A model generated the notes under the pieces. That model was not told where the DNA came from. It searched no databases and saw nothing but the letters and a program-made list of their open reading frames with translations. DNA of 64,000 nt, from positions 261,365 through 325,364 of the forward strand of contig JAQWOH010000043.1 in assembly GCA_029245955.1 (NCBI GenBank), given 5' to 3'. The position numbers were made by a program, and so were the translations under genes. Of this stretch, positions 9,533 to 19,437 are shown piece after piece (position 1 is the first letter of the stretch; each line of letters opens with the position of its first letter). This stretch comes from Fuerstiella sp. (lineage in GTDB: Bacteria; Planctomycetota; Planctomycetia; Planctomycetales; Planctomycetaceae).

Positions 9533-11539
9533 ATGGGGACGTTCATGTGCTTTTATCCGGCTTCCTGTGGCAGGACATTTCGATACAGCCAATCGCTGCG
9601 GTGTTTTTTTTTGGTGCTCCTGACACTACTGTCTGCGACCGTGAGTGCCCAGGACGAGTTCGGCGCCGCCGTGCGAAAAGCCATATCAGCGGTCGCTCCA
9701 GGAGTTGTACGCATTCGAATCGTCGGCGCGGCAACCGGCGACGATCTGACCGTTAATTCAAAGGTAACGACGGGGATTGTCATCAGCAAAAGTGGTGACG
9801 TGCTTACGAGCGTCCTGGGTTTCAGCGGTAGTTCAGCCGGCATTCTTGTGGAAGATGCCGCTGGAAATCGCAGTGCAGCAAAAGTCGTGGCAACAGACCA
9901 TGTCCACAAGCTGGTGCTGCTGAAGTGTGAAACTCTGGCTGCCGGCTTGCCGCAGTTCGCATCCGACCGCTGGCCGGCTGTAGGGGCATGGTCCATCGCT
10001 GTCGGAAAGCTCTATCCCGGCGCACAGCCGTCTTCGTCGGCGGGTATCATCAGCGCCACTCAGCGAGTTCACGGACTCGCAATTCAGACCGACGCGAAAA
10101 TCTCTCCGGTCAACTACGGGGGACCACTGGTTTCGCTCAATGGTGAGGTACTTGGAATCCTGGTTCCACTGTCTCCCGGTGATTCGGGGACCGAAATCAG
10201 TGCTGGCGTTGAGTGGTATGATTCAGGTATCGGCTTTGCAATTCCTGGCGTCGACGCGCTCGCGATTGCAGAACGACTGCGGTCAGGAAACGATCTTTTT
10301 CATGGCGTCATGGGAGTGGGCTTTGCCACACGCAATCCGCTGGCAACGAACTTTCCTGTTCGTGCCGTTCACCCGGGATCACCGGCAGACATCTCAGGTC
10401 TGCAGAAAGGCGACCAGATCGTTGCGGCAGACGGCGTGCGGATGGATCGATTGGGAATTTTTGAGTCCGTTGTGAAGAAGTCCTATGCCGGCACGACACT
10501 CAGCCTGTCGTTAAAACGTGGCGACACGTTGCTTGAAAGGAATGTGGTCCTGACAGACAAACTAAAACGATTGCCGCGTGGCTTTCTGGGAATTATCGCG
10601 GGCGGGGCAGACAACAATACAGGGGAAGACAATGATCAGGGTGTACCGGTTCACGCTCTGCCAAGTTCGCCCGCCGCTCAAGCCGGATTGCCTGACGAAG
10701 CAATCGTCAAAGAGATCGACGGAACAGAAATATCGTCGGTCGCTGAATTACGAAAGGCCTTGACTGACGTCAAAGAAGATCAACAGGTGGAGTTAACATT
10801 TGCTTTGGCCCGGGATACGGAAGAACGCTCGATCAGCATCACAGCGAAAGGCAGGCCAGACCAGGTACCGTCTTTGTCAACGGAATTTGCTGGCAGAATC
10901 TATGGGACTCCGGCCGCGTCAGCGTGGCACCGCCAGGAAGAGAAGCTCGGTGCAGACGGTGCAGGCGTCTGGTCATACGTCCCGAAGGAAGAATCAGCCA
11001 GGACGACGGGCGTCGTCGTACTGCTGAATGAAAGTACAACACCGGCGGAAGTGGTGCTCAACAGCTGGCGCAGCGTTGCTGAAGAGCACCATCTATTGCT
11101 GGTCGTGCCGGAAAATTCGGAGAACAGTGACCTGGGACGAGAAGATCGAGCCGTTGTGACGGACGCGATTGCTGCAGTTGCGAAGGGCCGGAAGCTGGAT
11201 ATGCGTCGCATTCTTCTGGTGGCCGAGACACAACAAGCTCTGCTGTGTACACAACTACTACTCGATCAAAAACTGCCGTTGCTCCGAGCAGCCGTGTACA
11301 TCAGGTCCTGGCCTCAGGTCTCTGGCCTTCCGCCAGAACAACTGGCTCGAAAAAACACCTCCGTTTTAATATTTCGCCAGGCTGGCCGGTCCCGTCAGTC
11401 ACAGGCGCTGACCGAGCAGGCCGCGCTGGATATGAGGGGGGCAGGGGTATGGACACTGACTCCGGCATTTCCAACCCAGTCAGAACCATCAGTTGCCGAA
11501 CGGGTCGCTGCATGGGCGCTCCTACTGAAGGCTGAATGA
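9533..11539 (+). CDS. Secreted HtrA/S1C-like protein with PDZ domain(s), catalytic triad not conserved (probable pseudoprotease)
   Basis: ATG 9533 is followed by the signal peptide FFLVLLTLLSATVSAQDE. The trypsin-fold blocks are recognisable but differ from the triad motifs. The His block reads LTSVLGF (expected LTNxHV). The Asp block reads DHVHKLVLLK (expected D..DLALLK). The Ser block reads ISPVNYGGPL (expected GNSGGPL). PDZ-like segments are present (PADISGLQKGDQIVAADGVRM; AAQAGLPDEAIVKEIDG). Confidence 0.7.
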   Translation: MGTFMCFYPASCGRTFRYSQSLRCFFLVLLTLLSATVSAQDEFGAAVRKAISAVAPGVVRIRIVGAATGDDLTVNSKVTTGIVISKSGDVLTSVLGFSGSSAGILVEDAAGNRSAAKVVATDHVHKLVLLKCETLAAGLPQFASDRWPAVGAWSIAVGKLYPGAQPSSSAGIISATQRVHGLAIQTDAKISPVNYGGPLVSLNGEVLGILVPLSPGDSGTEISAGVEWYDSGIGFAIPGVDALAIAERLRSGNDLFHGVMGVGFATRNPLATNFPVRAVHPGSPADISGLQKGDQIVAADGVRMDRLGIFESVVKKSYAGTTLSLSLKRGDTLLERNVVLTDKLKRLPRGFLGIIAGGADNNTGEDNDQGVPVHALPSSPAAQAGLPDEAIVKEIDGTEISSVAELRKALTDVKEDQQVELTFALARDTEERSISITAKGRPDQVPSLSTEFAGRIYGTPAASAWHRQEEKLGADGAGVWSYVPKEESARTTGVVVLLNESTTPAEVVLNSWRSVAEEHHLLLVVPENSENSDLGREDRAVVTDAIAAVAKGRKLDMRRILLVAETQQALLCTQLLLDQKLPLLRAAVYIRSWPQVSGLPPEQLARKNTSVLIFRQAGRSRQSQALTEQAALDMRGAGVWTLTPAFPTQSEPSVAERVAAWALLLKAE

Positions 11540-11758
11540 ACGCTGCGGTTCAACCCGGGGCAGAAGACGGAGCTGCGAGCCGACGAACGATCAATCTGTG
11601 ATTGCAGTTGCGGCGATCCTTCGCTGGCGAACATGGTTGCGATTTCCCGAAGCCCGCGACCGAGCACATGAATCCTGTGCGGTCAGTTGCTAACTGGGGT
11701 GAGGTCACCGTACAATCGTGGCCACCAGAGATCTGCCCTGCATTTTGAGGAATTGGCG

Positions 11759-12757
11759 ATGACAGATGTTGAATTTATACCCCGACTGACTCAACTGGCA
11801 CAGGTTGGTGGGGGCGGCAATGAATTCGTCACACTTCTGTTGGGCGGTTTTTTCCTGATCGTGGGGGTTATTGTCCTGATTTTTGTCGGAATGTTCGCGT
11901 CAGTGGCCGCGCTCTGGTTTCGAGGATTCATGTCTGGAGCCAACGTCGGGCCACTGCAGTTGGTGGTCATGAAACTAAAGAAAGTGAATCCGCACGTGAT
12001 CGTGGAGTCACGCATCATGACTCGTCAGGCCGGACTCGCCAACATCACAACGAACCAAATGGAGTCGCACTATCTGGCGGGAGGTAACGTACCGATCATC
12101 ATTCGTTCCCTGGTCGCAGCGAATCGAGCCAACATTGATCTGGAATGGAATACTGCTGCGGCTATTGACCTTGCCGGACGTAACGTTCTTGAGGCAGTCC
12201 AGACAAGTGTCAAAACGAAGGTCATCGACTGTCCTGATCCTTCGCGGCATGGACGTTCAACGCTGGACGGAGTTGCTCGCGATGGAATTCAGCTGAAAGC
12301 TCGCGCTCGCGTGACGGTCCGTACCAACCTGAAGCAGTTGGTAGGTGGGGCCACGGAAGAGACGATCATTGCCCGAGTCGGCGAAGGTATCGTCTCAGCC
12401 ATTGGGTCCTGCATGACGCATAAAGAAGTACTCGCTAATCCCATGCTGATTGCCAAGGCGGTTCTGGACAAGGGGCTGGACTCGCACACGGCTTACGAAA
12501 TTGTATCGATCGACATCGCCGACATTGACGTCGGTGACAATGTCGGCGCCCGATTACAGGCTGATCAGGCCGAAGCCGATGTCCGAATCGCGCGAGCCAA
12601 AGCTGAAGAACGTCGAGCGCAAGCGGTAGCCAGCGAGCAGGAAATGAAAGCTCTGACACAGGAAAATCAGGCAGAAGTCGTTCTGGCGGAAGCTGAGATT
12701 CCAACCTCAATGGCTGCGGCTTATCGCAGCGGCGGCCTGCGCGCCAGCGGAACGTGA
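11759..12757 (+). CDS. floA: Flotillin-like protein FloA (UPF0365/YqfA family, SPFH superfamily)
   Basis: ATG 11759 is preceded by GAGG 8 nt upstream. An N-terminal TM is present ([21 protein letters not shown]). Then come [60 protein letters not shown], an EA-rich coiled coil and a C-terminal tail. Confidence 0.85.
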   Translation: MTDVEFIPRLTQLAQVGGGGNEFVTLLLGGFFLIVGVIVLIFVGMFASVAALWFRGFMSGANVGPLQLVVMKLKKVNPHVIVESRIMTRQAGLANITTNQMESHYLAGGNVPIIIRSLVAANRANIDLEWNTAAAIDLAGRNVLEAVQTSVKTKVIDCPDPSRHGRSTLDGVARDGIQLKARARVTVRTNLKQLVGGATEETIIARVGEGIVSAIGSCMTHKEVLANPMLIAKAVLDKGLDSHTAYEIVSIDIADIDVGDNVGARLQADQAEADVRIARAKAEERRAQAVASEQEMKALTQENQAEVVLAEAEIPTSMAAAYRSGGLRASGT

Positions 12758-12983
12758 CCTGTTCGCAGGAAATGCTGAAAGCAAAATTGCACGATGACTG
12801 CCACAGGGGTCGCGCAGTGTGCGTAGCTCATTATGCTGCAAACGCCGGACGGGCGGGGTAAGACGGCCTGCGTTCTAACCGTCTTCCGGATGAGATTCAC
12901 CTGGTGTCTCATGGGTTAACGACCCCGGATCAAGCGTCCGACGCCGGGATACAGGACCAGGCTCAAGCGTTGAGTGTTGATTC

Positions 12984-14042
12984 ATGCGTTACAAGAATGT
13001 CTGTGTTGAAGCGGTAGTCCATCGACTGCCGCCTGATGTGGTCACATCGGATGACATTGAACGTCAGTTGGCGCCGGTTTACGAACGCCTGAATCTACCT
13101 TTCGGCCGCCTGCAGCTGATGACGGGGATTCAGGAACGCCGTTTCTTTGACCGTGGCACACTTCCAGGGCAAGTCAGCGTGCAGGCGGCAAATGATGCCG
13201 TGGAGGCGTCAGGAGTGCCTCGTGAGAAATTTGGTGCGCTCATCCATGGTTCCGTTTGTCGAGATCAAATGGAACCTGCCACAGCCGCCGGGGTTCATGC
13301 TGGAGCAGGACTGCCGGACGATTCGTTGGTTATGGACGTCAGCAACGCCTGCCTTGGACTTCTGAACGGCATGCTGGTGGTCGCGGATCTTATTGAGCTG
13401 GGTCGTATCAGTGCTGGTGTCATCGTGGGTACGGAAACCGGACGAGGTCTTGTTGAGGGCACGATCGACAGCCTGTTGAAAGACAAGACCCTGACGCGAA
13501 AATCAATCAAGTCCGCATTTGCGTCCCTTACGATCGGGTCGGGCAGCGCCGCGATTGTGCTTTGCCACAGTAGCCTGAGCCAGACCGCACACAACCTGGT
13601 TGGCGGAGCATTTCTATCAGACACCTCCCGGCACGATCTTTGCGCAGGCGGCGTCGCAGCAGACATTCACGGAGACAGCCGTCCTCGCATGGAAACCGAC
13701 TCTGAAGGTCTGCTGCGGGCAGGTATCGCTCTGGCAGAGCGTACCTGGAAGAAAATGAAGCATGAAGTCAGCTGGACTAATGACGATGTCGATCGCGTTT
13801 TTACTCATCAAGTTGGCAAACAACACCGCGCTTTGCTGCTGGAAAAGCTTCAACTGGCTCCGCATCTGGACTTTCCGACGGTCGAACGCTTCGGAAACAC
13901 CGGGGCGGCTGCTCTGCCGATGGCGCTGGCAATGGGCCTGGAACAGAATCCTCCCGCCGCTGGCACAAAACTGGCGATGCTGGGTATTGGAAGTGGATTG
14001 AATTCCGTCATGCTGGGTATCGAATGCGGCACCGGTCGCTGA
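12984..14042 (+). CDS. 3-oxoacyl-ACP synthase III family protein (FabH-like KAS III)
   Basis: The active-site Cys context is DVSNACLGLLNGM. The C-terminal blocks are FTHQVGKQH and FGNTGAAALPMAL. Length is 352 aa. No other fab genes are adjacent. Confidence 0.8.
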   Translation: MRYKNVCVEAVVHRLPPDVVTSDDIERQLAPVYERLNLPFGRLQLMTGIQERRFFDRGTLPGQVSVQAANDAVEASGVPREKFGALIHGSVCRDQMEPATAAGVHAGAGLPDDSLVMDVSNACLGLLNGMLVVADLIELGRISAGVIVGTETGRGLVEGTIDSLLKDKTLTRKSIKSAFASLTIGSGSAAIVLCHSSLSQTAHNLVGGAFLSDTSRHDLCAGGVAADIHGDSRPRMETDSEGLLRAGIALAERTWKKMKHEVSWTNDDVDRVFTHQVGKQHRALLLEKLQLAPHLDFPTVERFGNTGAAALPMALAMGLEQNPPAAGTKLAMLGIGSGLNSVMLGIECGTGR

Positions 14043-14165
14043 TGTTCTGCTGCAGAATGTGCCGGTGCGGAGTGCTGATTCAGGCAAACCGGAGGTTTGT
14101 TCGCCACTTTTCCGTCTTTGTCTCGGATTGAGCTTCAGATTATGTTTTTTTATAAGAAAACCGTG

Positions 14166-14195
14166 TTGACACAAAAAGTCGATTAGGGCTATCAC
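14166..14195 (+). promoter_or_regulatory. Candidate sigma70-type promoter upstream of the EBP-like regulator
   Basis: TTGACA (14166..14171), an 18-nt spacer, then TATCAC (14190..14195). An A/T-rich stretch (tatgtttttttataagaaaa) precedes it. This is a pattern match only. Confidence 0.25.
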
Positions 14196-14411
14196 TCGGC
14201 CTCTCAAACCGAACTCACTCCTGAGTTCACAAATCCCTTCTCTCTCATCCCTTCTTCCCGTCCGGGAAATCTGAGAACACAACGACCTCCTCACAGGTCA
14301 CCGCACATGCCTTGTTCAGGTCCTGAACAGGAATGTGAAACTGTGTTCGCACTTCATTCAATCCTCTCTCTCTCTCTCACCCTTTCGACTTGGTCAATAG
14401 TTGAGGAAATC

Positions 14412-15911
14412 ATGAACGAGTACGCATCCGGCGCTCATCATGAGCCGCAGATCCTTCAGTTTCCCGGTGGCGCAATGCCTACCGTGCAGGGTTCGGCTGA
14501 TAGCACTCCAGAACCTCCGACAGATTCCACTCCTGCTCCCCAATCGGTGTTGGTATTCTCGCCACGCCCCGGAGCTCGCCAGTTGCTCGCTGACGATGTG
14601 CGGAAGCGAGGAATGACTGTCTGTGAAACAGACAGTCCGGACGCAATGTTGTTTCACCTCAGCCGTCAGGAGTTTCAAATCTGCATCATCGACGATGCAG
14701 ATAATGTTTCCAGACTGCAGGAAGTCAACGCGGCCATTCGCAATCATTCCCGATCTGCGCAGGTGCTGTGCATCGTTTCTGAAGATTCACGATGGGGGCG
14801 TGAAACGGTCCCTACGTTCGAATGCGAAATCATCGAACGTCCGTTTTCTGCAACTCGTTTTGGTGCGTCACTGCTGACCGCCATACAAAAATGCGAGCTC
14901 ATCCGAGAAAACGAAAATCTGAAACGGCAACTGCTGAATCGCAACCTGATGGATCTTGTCGGCAGTACGGCAGCCATGCAGGCCCTGCGGGAAAGTATCC
15001 GCATCGCTGCAGACGACGACCGGACGGTCCTTGTTCGCGGTGAATCAGGCAGCGGCACAACACTGATTGCGGAAGGACTTCACCGCTGCAGTCGCCGTGC
15101 TGAGAAGCCGTTCCTTCGTATCGACTGCAGTCTGCACTCGGTTGAAACGCTGGAACATCAGCTGTTTGGCGACGGAACAGAAGACGGTTTCCCCGGCTAC
15201 CTGAATATGGCTGACGGAGGATCTGTACTGCTGGACAACGTGGAAACCGTTGCTCTGCCATTCCAGAAAAGACTGGCTCAGCTGTTGGAACAGCGAGCCA
15301 CTTCAATCCTGAACGGCACGGTGGATTCCCCGAACATCCGCTTCATCGCAGCCACGCATTCGGACCTGAATCGCCTGGCGATGGAAGGCCGTTTTCGGGA
15401 CGACCTGCTTCAGCACCTCAGCGGAATTACGCTGCAGTCTCCTCCGTTGCGAGTTCGACACAACGATATCCCGCTGCTGGTCGAACATTTCATTGGAGAA
15501 ATCTCACTGAAAGAGGGTCGGCCACCTCGCAGCATCAGCACGGATGCTCTGCAGCTTCTGGAAGGTCACTCGTGGCCCGGTAATGTTCGCGAACTACAGA
15601 ATATTGTCGAACGTTCCTGCACGACGGATGTTGGTGGCGTAATCACTGCAGAATCGCTGCGACCATGGTTGCAGAATGAAGTAGTCGAAGACATCAGCGT
15701 AGATGGTGTTGGAATGACCCTTCGTGAAATGGAACGCAAACTGATCGAATCCACATTTGCCCGCTGTAACGGAAATCGCGAACGGACTGCTCAGATCCTG
15801 AAGATCGGGCTCAGAACACTCTCCGGAAAACTCAGAGAATACGGCTACCCGCCTCGCGGAGGTCCAGGTTCAAATCTGAAAATTCATGCACCGGAACGAC
15901 AGGCCGCATAG
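14412..15911 (+). CDS. Sigma-54 enhancer-binding-protein-like regulator (receiver-like domain + AAA+ domain + Fis-type HTH) with degenerate ATPase and GAFTGA motifs
   Basis: ATG 14412 is preceded by GAGGAA. AAA+ blocks are GESGSGTTLIAEGLH, GGSVLLDNVE, RFIAATHSDL, GRFRDDLLQHL, PPLRVRHNDIPLLVEHF and WPGNVRELQNIVER. The C-terminal HTH is NGNRERTAQILKIGLRTLSGKLREYG. Confidence 0.8.
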   Translation: MNEYASGAHHEPQILQFPGGAMPTVQGSADSTPEPPTDSTPAPQSVLVFSPRPGARQLLADDVRKRGMTVCETDSPDAMLFHLSRQEFQICIIDDADNVSRLQEVNAAIRNHSRSAQVLCIVSEDSRWGRETVPTFECEIIERPFSATRFGASLLTAIQKCELIRENENLKRQLLNRNLMDLVGSTAAMQALRESIRIAADDDRTVLVRGESGSGTTLIAEGLHRCSRRAEKPFLRIDCSLHSVETLEHQLFGDGTEDGFPGYLNMADGGSVLLDNVETVALPFQKRLAQLLEQRATSILNGTVDSPNIRFIAATHSDLNRLAMEGRFRDDLLQHLSGITLQSPPLRVRHNDIPLLVEHFIGEISLKEGRPPRSISTDALQLLEGHSWPGNVRELQNIVERSCTTDVGGVITAESLRPWLQNEVVEDISVDGVGMTLREMERKLIESTFARCNGNRERTAQILKIGLRTLSGKLREYGYPPRGGPGSNLKIHAPERQAA

Positions 15912-15938
15912 GCATCGTTTCGCTGCAGTCAGGGCCAA

Positions 15939-15970
15939 AAGGGCGAGTCTTCCACCAAAGACTCGCCCTT
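15939..15970 (+). terminator. Terminator-like hairpin after the regulator gene
   Basis: A 13-bp perfect stem AAGGGCGAGTCTT / AAGACTCGCCCTT with a 6-nt loop sits 28 nt after the stop at 15911. The downstream T-run is weak (cctgcgttt). Confidence 0.45.
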
Positions 15971-16253
15971 CCTGCGTTTGGGGTTCCGGATTCACATCAG
16001 CAGATGTGCACACCACGGCCCTGAAGATCGCCTGCCACTGCCACGACCGCACACCATCAGACTCAGTCGTCACGTACCCTGACGTGCCAGCAAAGTCCAC
16101 TCGCAATCCCAAAACCGAACCAACGGCTCGTCTTGTCGCAGAATTCGGCCAGACGTAGACTGTCAGCTTCATTCCTTCCAGCTCTGGTCGCCTGCGGTCT
16201 AAATCGCCAGACGATAATGTCAGTCAGGTACCAAACCTCCGTTTGCACAAAAA

Positions 16254-17450
16254 ATGTATCGCGCCGTCGCCAGTAACCTCAGGCAACTGTTCACAGCGAC
16301 CGCGCTGTTAGCGCTGTTGCTTTTGGCCACAGAGACCTGGCTGCAGACCAGCTCTGCCGTGCCGGCGTCTCGCATTGTTTCTCCGCAATCGTCGATGGAA
16401 CTGCAAGACATCCTGGTGCCGTCCGACACGACACACCATGAGTTGCTGAGGCTGAATCACTCTGCAGCCATTACCGGGACTGTCGGTTTTTCCACCAACA
16501 GTCTGGGCATGCGGGGACAGGAACCGGAGAATCCAAAACCAGCGGGGCTCTTTAGAGTTCTGATCCTGGGCGACGAAGCCGTACTGGGACCTGGCCTGCC
16601 GGAAAAACATACGCTGACCTCCAGACTACAGGGTTTTCTTGCAGGGGCAACCTCGCGCAACATCGAAGTCTTGAACGGCGGAGTGCCGGGCTACAGCCCG
16701 CTGCTTTCGCTGCTTCAGTACCAAAACGAACTTATCAGGCTGCAACCGGACTTGATTGTGCTGCACTTCGACATGACCGATGTCGCAGATGATGTGGTTC
16801 ATCGCCGATATCTGAAGCAGTCGGAGGGACAACAGATCTGCAGCAACCCGTTGCTCAAGGACCAGCGCAACAGTCAGGTCAGTGCGTTGAAAATGTTAAG
16901 AAATACGGCCATCTGCCGAACACTGGCGGCACGTATCCTGAACGCTGACAATGCGGAAAGCAGCAACTCAGGCTCAACAATCAGTCGAAACTACGAATGG
17001 ACAACGAAATCAGGCCTGGATCTGCGGCTGCAGGTGCGGCACGCCATGGATCCGGTGATTCGACTGGCAGATCTGGCCGAACAACATCACGTTCACCTTG
17101 TCATCACGACATCTCCGGTACCCTGGCAAGTGGTTTCGGCTGATGATTTTCCGAAGCTGTCTAAGCAGGTTCGATTGCGCGACCGCTGGCCGGTTTCCGG
17201 AGATGTGCCGCAACTGGTGCTTAGGACGTTGTGCAGCAACTTGTCCATTTCTTTTTGCGACGCGACCGCGGCCTTTCGCGGCGCTAAATCATCGTCAAAG
17301 CTGTTTCGGTCCGATGCCACACAGCTGTCAGAATTCGGTACGGCTTTGTACGCTCGGGAAATAGCCGCCACTCTGCTCAAATCTCCGGAGGTTGCGAAGA
17401 CGATCCTTCGGTCAACAACGGCATCAGTACCAACAACAGATAAATCATGA
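16254..17450 (+). CDS. Membrane-anchored SGNH/GDSL-like protein with non-canonical catalytic positions
   Basis: An N-terminal hydrophobic anchor is present ([18 protein letters not shown]). The block I-like segment [13 protein letters not shown] has GDE instead of GDS. The block II-like segment is NGGVPGYSP. The block V-like segment [19 protein letters not shown] has DxxQ instead of DxxH. Confidence 0.55.
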   Translation: MYRAVASNLRQLFTATALLALLLLATETWLQTSSAVPASRIVSPQSSMELQDILVPSDTTHHELLRLNHSAAITGTVGFSTNSLGMRGQEPENPKPAGLFRVLILGDEAVLGPGLPEKHTLTSRLQGFLAGATSRNIEVLNGGVPGYSPLLSLLQYQNELIRLQPDLIVLHFDMTDVADDVVHRRYLKQSEGQQICSNPLLKDQRNSQVSALKMLRNTAICRTLAARILNADNAESSNSGSTISRNYEWTTKSGLDLRLQVRHAMDPVIRLADLAEQHHVHLVITTSPVPWQVVSADDFPKLSKQVRLRDRWPVSGDVPQLVLRTLCSNLSISFCDATAAFRGAKSSSKLFRSDATQLSEFGTALYAREIAATLLKSPEVAKTILRSTTASVPTTDKS

Positions 17451-18676
17451 ACGCATACGAATCTGCCTGCCACTACTTCTCAAATGCTGCATCGGTGATG
17501 GATCTGTCACCAAATATGAAGAAGCTGTTGCTGACGCCGGAACGTGAAGTCAAAGTCCAGGTCGCGATGAAAATGGACAATGGTGAAATCGCAACGTTCG
17601 TGGGATACCGCATCCAGCACAATAGTGCTCGAGGTCCGATGAAAGGGGGACTGCGATTTCACCATGACGTTGATGCAGACGAAGTCCTGGCTCTGGCCTC
17701 GCTGATGACGTGGAAGACAGCTGTTGTCGACATTCCGTACGGAGGTGCCAAGGGTGGGATAGCAGTCTCTCCTAAATCACTCAGCAATGTAGAGCTGGAG
17801 CTCATGACACGAAAATTTGTGGACGAGCTGCAGGACGTCATCGGACCGGACAAGGATATTCCCGCACCTGACATGGGCACGAATGCTCAGGTGATGGCGT
17901 GGATCGTTAATCAGTACGAAAAGTACCACGGCTTCAATCCGGCGTGTGTCACCGGAAAACCTCTGGAACTGCACGGTGCCGACGGACGGGAAGAGGCCAC
18001 CGGGCGTGGTGTCGGGCTGTTGACGGAGGCGATGCTGCAGAAATTTGATAGGCCACTGGACGGCGTCACTATCGCCATTCAGGGCTTCGGGAATGTGGGT
18101 TCGTTTGCCGCTGCATATCTGCACGACCACGGCGCTCACGTTGTCGCGATATCGGACATCAGCGGTGCCAGATACGCCCCTGCCGGAATCGACGTCCCGG
18201 CCGCACTGTTGCATGTTGCCCGGAACCATTCTTTGAACGACTTTGAGACAGAACAGCAGATTTCCAATGAGGATCTGCTGATGCTGGACGTCGATGTTCT
18301 GATCCCTGCGGCGCTTGGCGGAGTTCTGACAAAGGAAAATGCTGCAAATGTTCGCGCCCGGTATGTAGTTGAAGCGGCAAACGGGCCGGTCACGCCCGAT
18401 GCAGATGAAATCCTGCACCAACGTGATATTGTTGTCCTGCCCGATATTCTTGCGAACGCCGGCGGAGTCACGGTCAGCTATTTTGAATGGGTTCAGAACC
18501 AGCAGTACTTTCGCTGGGATCTGGATCGCACACGAGCAGAATTAGCAAAAACACTAACGGTCAGCTTCGAAAAAATGTGGGCGATCGCCAAAGAGAAACA
18601 TATCCCGCTGCGTGCAGCCGCGTACCTGATGGGCATCGGTCGCGTTGGCCGAGCCACTGTCCTGGCCGGAATCTGA
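17447..18676 (+). CDS. gdh: Glutamate dehydrogenase (Glu/Leu/Phe/Val dehydrogenase family)
   Basis: The catalytic Lys region is [15 protein letters not shown]. The NAD(P) Rossmann motif is [12 protein letters not shown]. Further matches are PDMGTN and [12 protein letters not shown] 17447 overlaps the upstream stop by 4 nt (ATGA). Confidence 0.9.
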   Translation: MNAYESACHYFSNAASVMDLSPNMKKLLLTPEREVKVQVAMKMDNGEIATFVGYRIQHNSARGPMKGGLRFHHDVDADEVLALASLMTWKTAVVDIPYGGAKGGIAVSPKSLSNVELELMTRKFVDELQDVIGPDKDIPAPDMGTNAQVMAWIVNQYEKYHGFNPACVTGKPLELHGADGREEATGRGVGLLTEAMLQKFDRPLDGVTIAIQGFGNVGSFAAAYLHDHGAHVVAISDISGARYAPAGIDVPAALLHVARNHSLNDFETEQQISNEDLLMLDVDVLIPAALGGVLTKENAANVRARYVVEAANGPVTPDADEILHQRDIVVLPDILANAGGVTVSYFEWVQNQQYFRWDLDRTRAELAKTLTVSFEKMWAIAKEKHIPLRAAAYLMGIGRVGRATVLAGI

Positions 18677-18690
18677 ATCTGAGACAATTC

Positions 18691-19215
18691 ATGAATACAC
18701 TCGAACGGGAACTTCGGTCGCTGCAACTCTTCCACGGACTGGATGACGAAGGCGCTGCGAAAATTTGCGGTGCTCTGGGGCTGTCCGAGTTTGCAGCGAA
18801 TCAGGCAATTCTTAAAGAAGGGGAATGCATTCAGGCCCTGTGGATAATCCTCTCGGGCGAGTGCATTGTGAGCCGGTCCGCAGAATCCGGACCGGAACAT
18901 CCGTTGGCGATCCTGAACGAAGGAGATGTCTTCGGCGAAATGTCGTTCGTGCGAACAGCCCCCCATTCCGCTTCCATCCGAGCACTCACGGACGTAACGG
19001 CGTGCTGTTACCGACGCGATGACTTTCTGAAACTGTCACAGCAACACCCCGATATCGCACTGCAAGTCACCTCGAATATCGCCGACGTTCTGGCAGAACG
19101 ACTCCGCCGAATGGACACATGGGTATGCGAAATCATGGCACGTCCGGACGGCCGTAAACACCGCAGCGAATGGGAAACGTTTCGGTCAGCGGTCTATACC
19201 AACTGGGATTTCTGA
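18691..19215 (+). CDS. Stand-alone cyclic-nucleotide-binding domain protein
   Basis: ATG 18691 lies 14 nt after the gdh stop. The cNMP-binding fold motifs are LQLFHGLDDEGAAKI, ILKEGE and GDVFGEMSFVRTAPHSASIRAL. No HTH or other output domain is evident in the ~174 aa. Confidence 0.75.
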   Translation: MNTLERELRSLQLFHGLDDEGAAKICGALGLSEFAANQAILKEGECIQALWIILSGECIVSRSAESGPEHPLAILNEGDVFGEMSFVRTAPHSASIRALTDVTACCYRRDDFLKLSQQHPDIALQVTSNIADVLAERLRRMDTWVCEIMARPDGRKHRSEWETFRSAVYTNWDF

Positions 19216-19437
19216 CACAACGCAGCCGTCGGCAGATCATGGACCGCATATGGCAACGACGACCGCGACGCCACAGAGTGCTGCAATAATAAGATAATCT
19301 GATGCGTCAAAGTCGACAGAAAGAATCGACTCCGATCGCCTCGATTGTGTCAGAGTATTGCGATCCAGTCAGCCCCGCTCGGTTTCCTGTGGTATGATAA
19401 CGGCTGCTTTTCATCACAAACATTCACTCGACTCGCC

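Noticed and set aside
13617-14294. 225-aa minus-strand ORF
   Set aside because: It overlaps the 3' part of the FabH-like gene in antisense. The product is Arg/Ser-rich and implausible.
14364-14378. (CT)7.5 dinucleotide run upstream of the EBP-like gene as a phase-variation switch
   Set aside because: It is short, it lies outside the preferred CDS (start 14412), and there is no evidence of length variation. I noted it only as a simple repeat.
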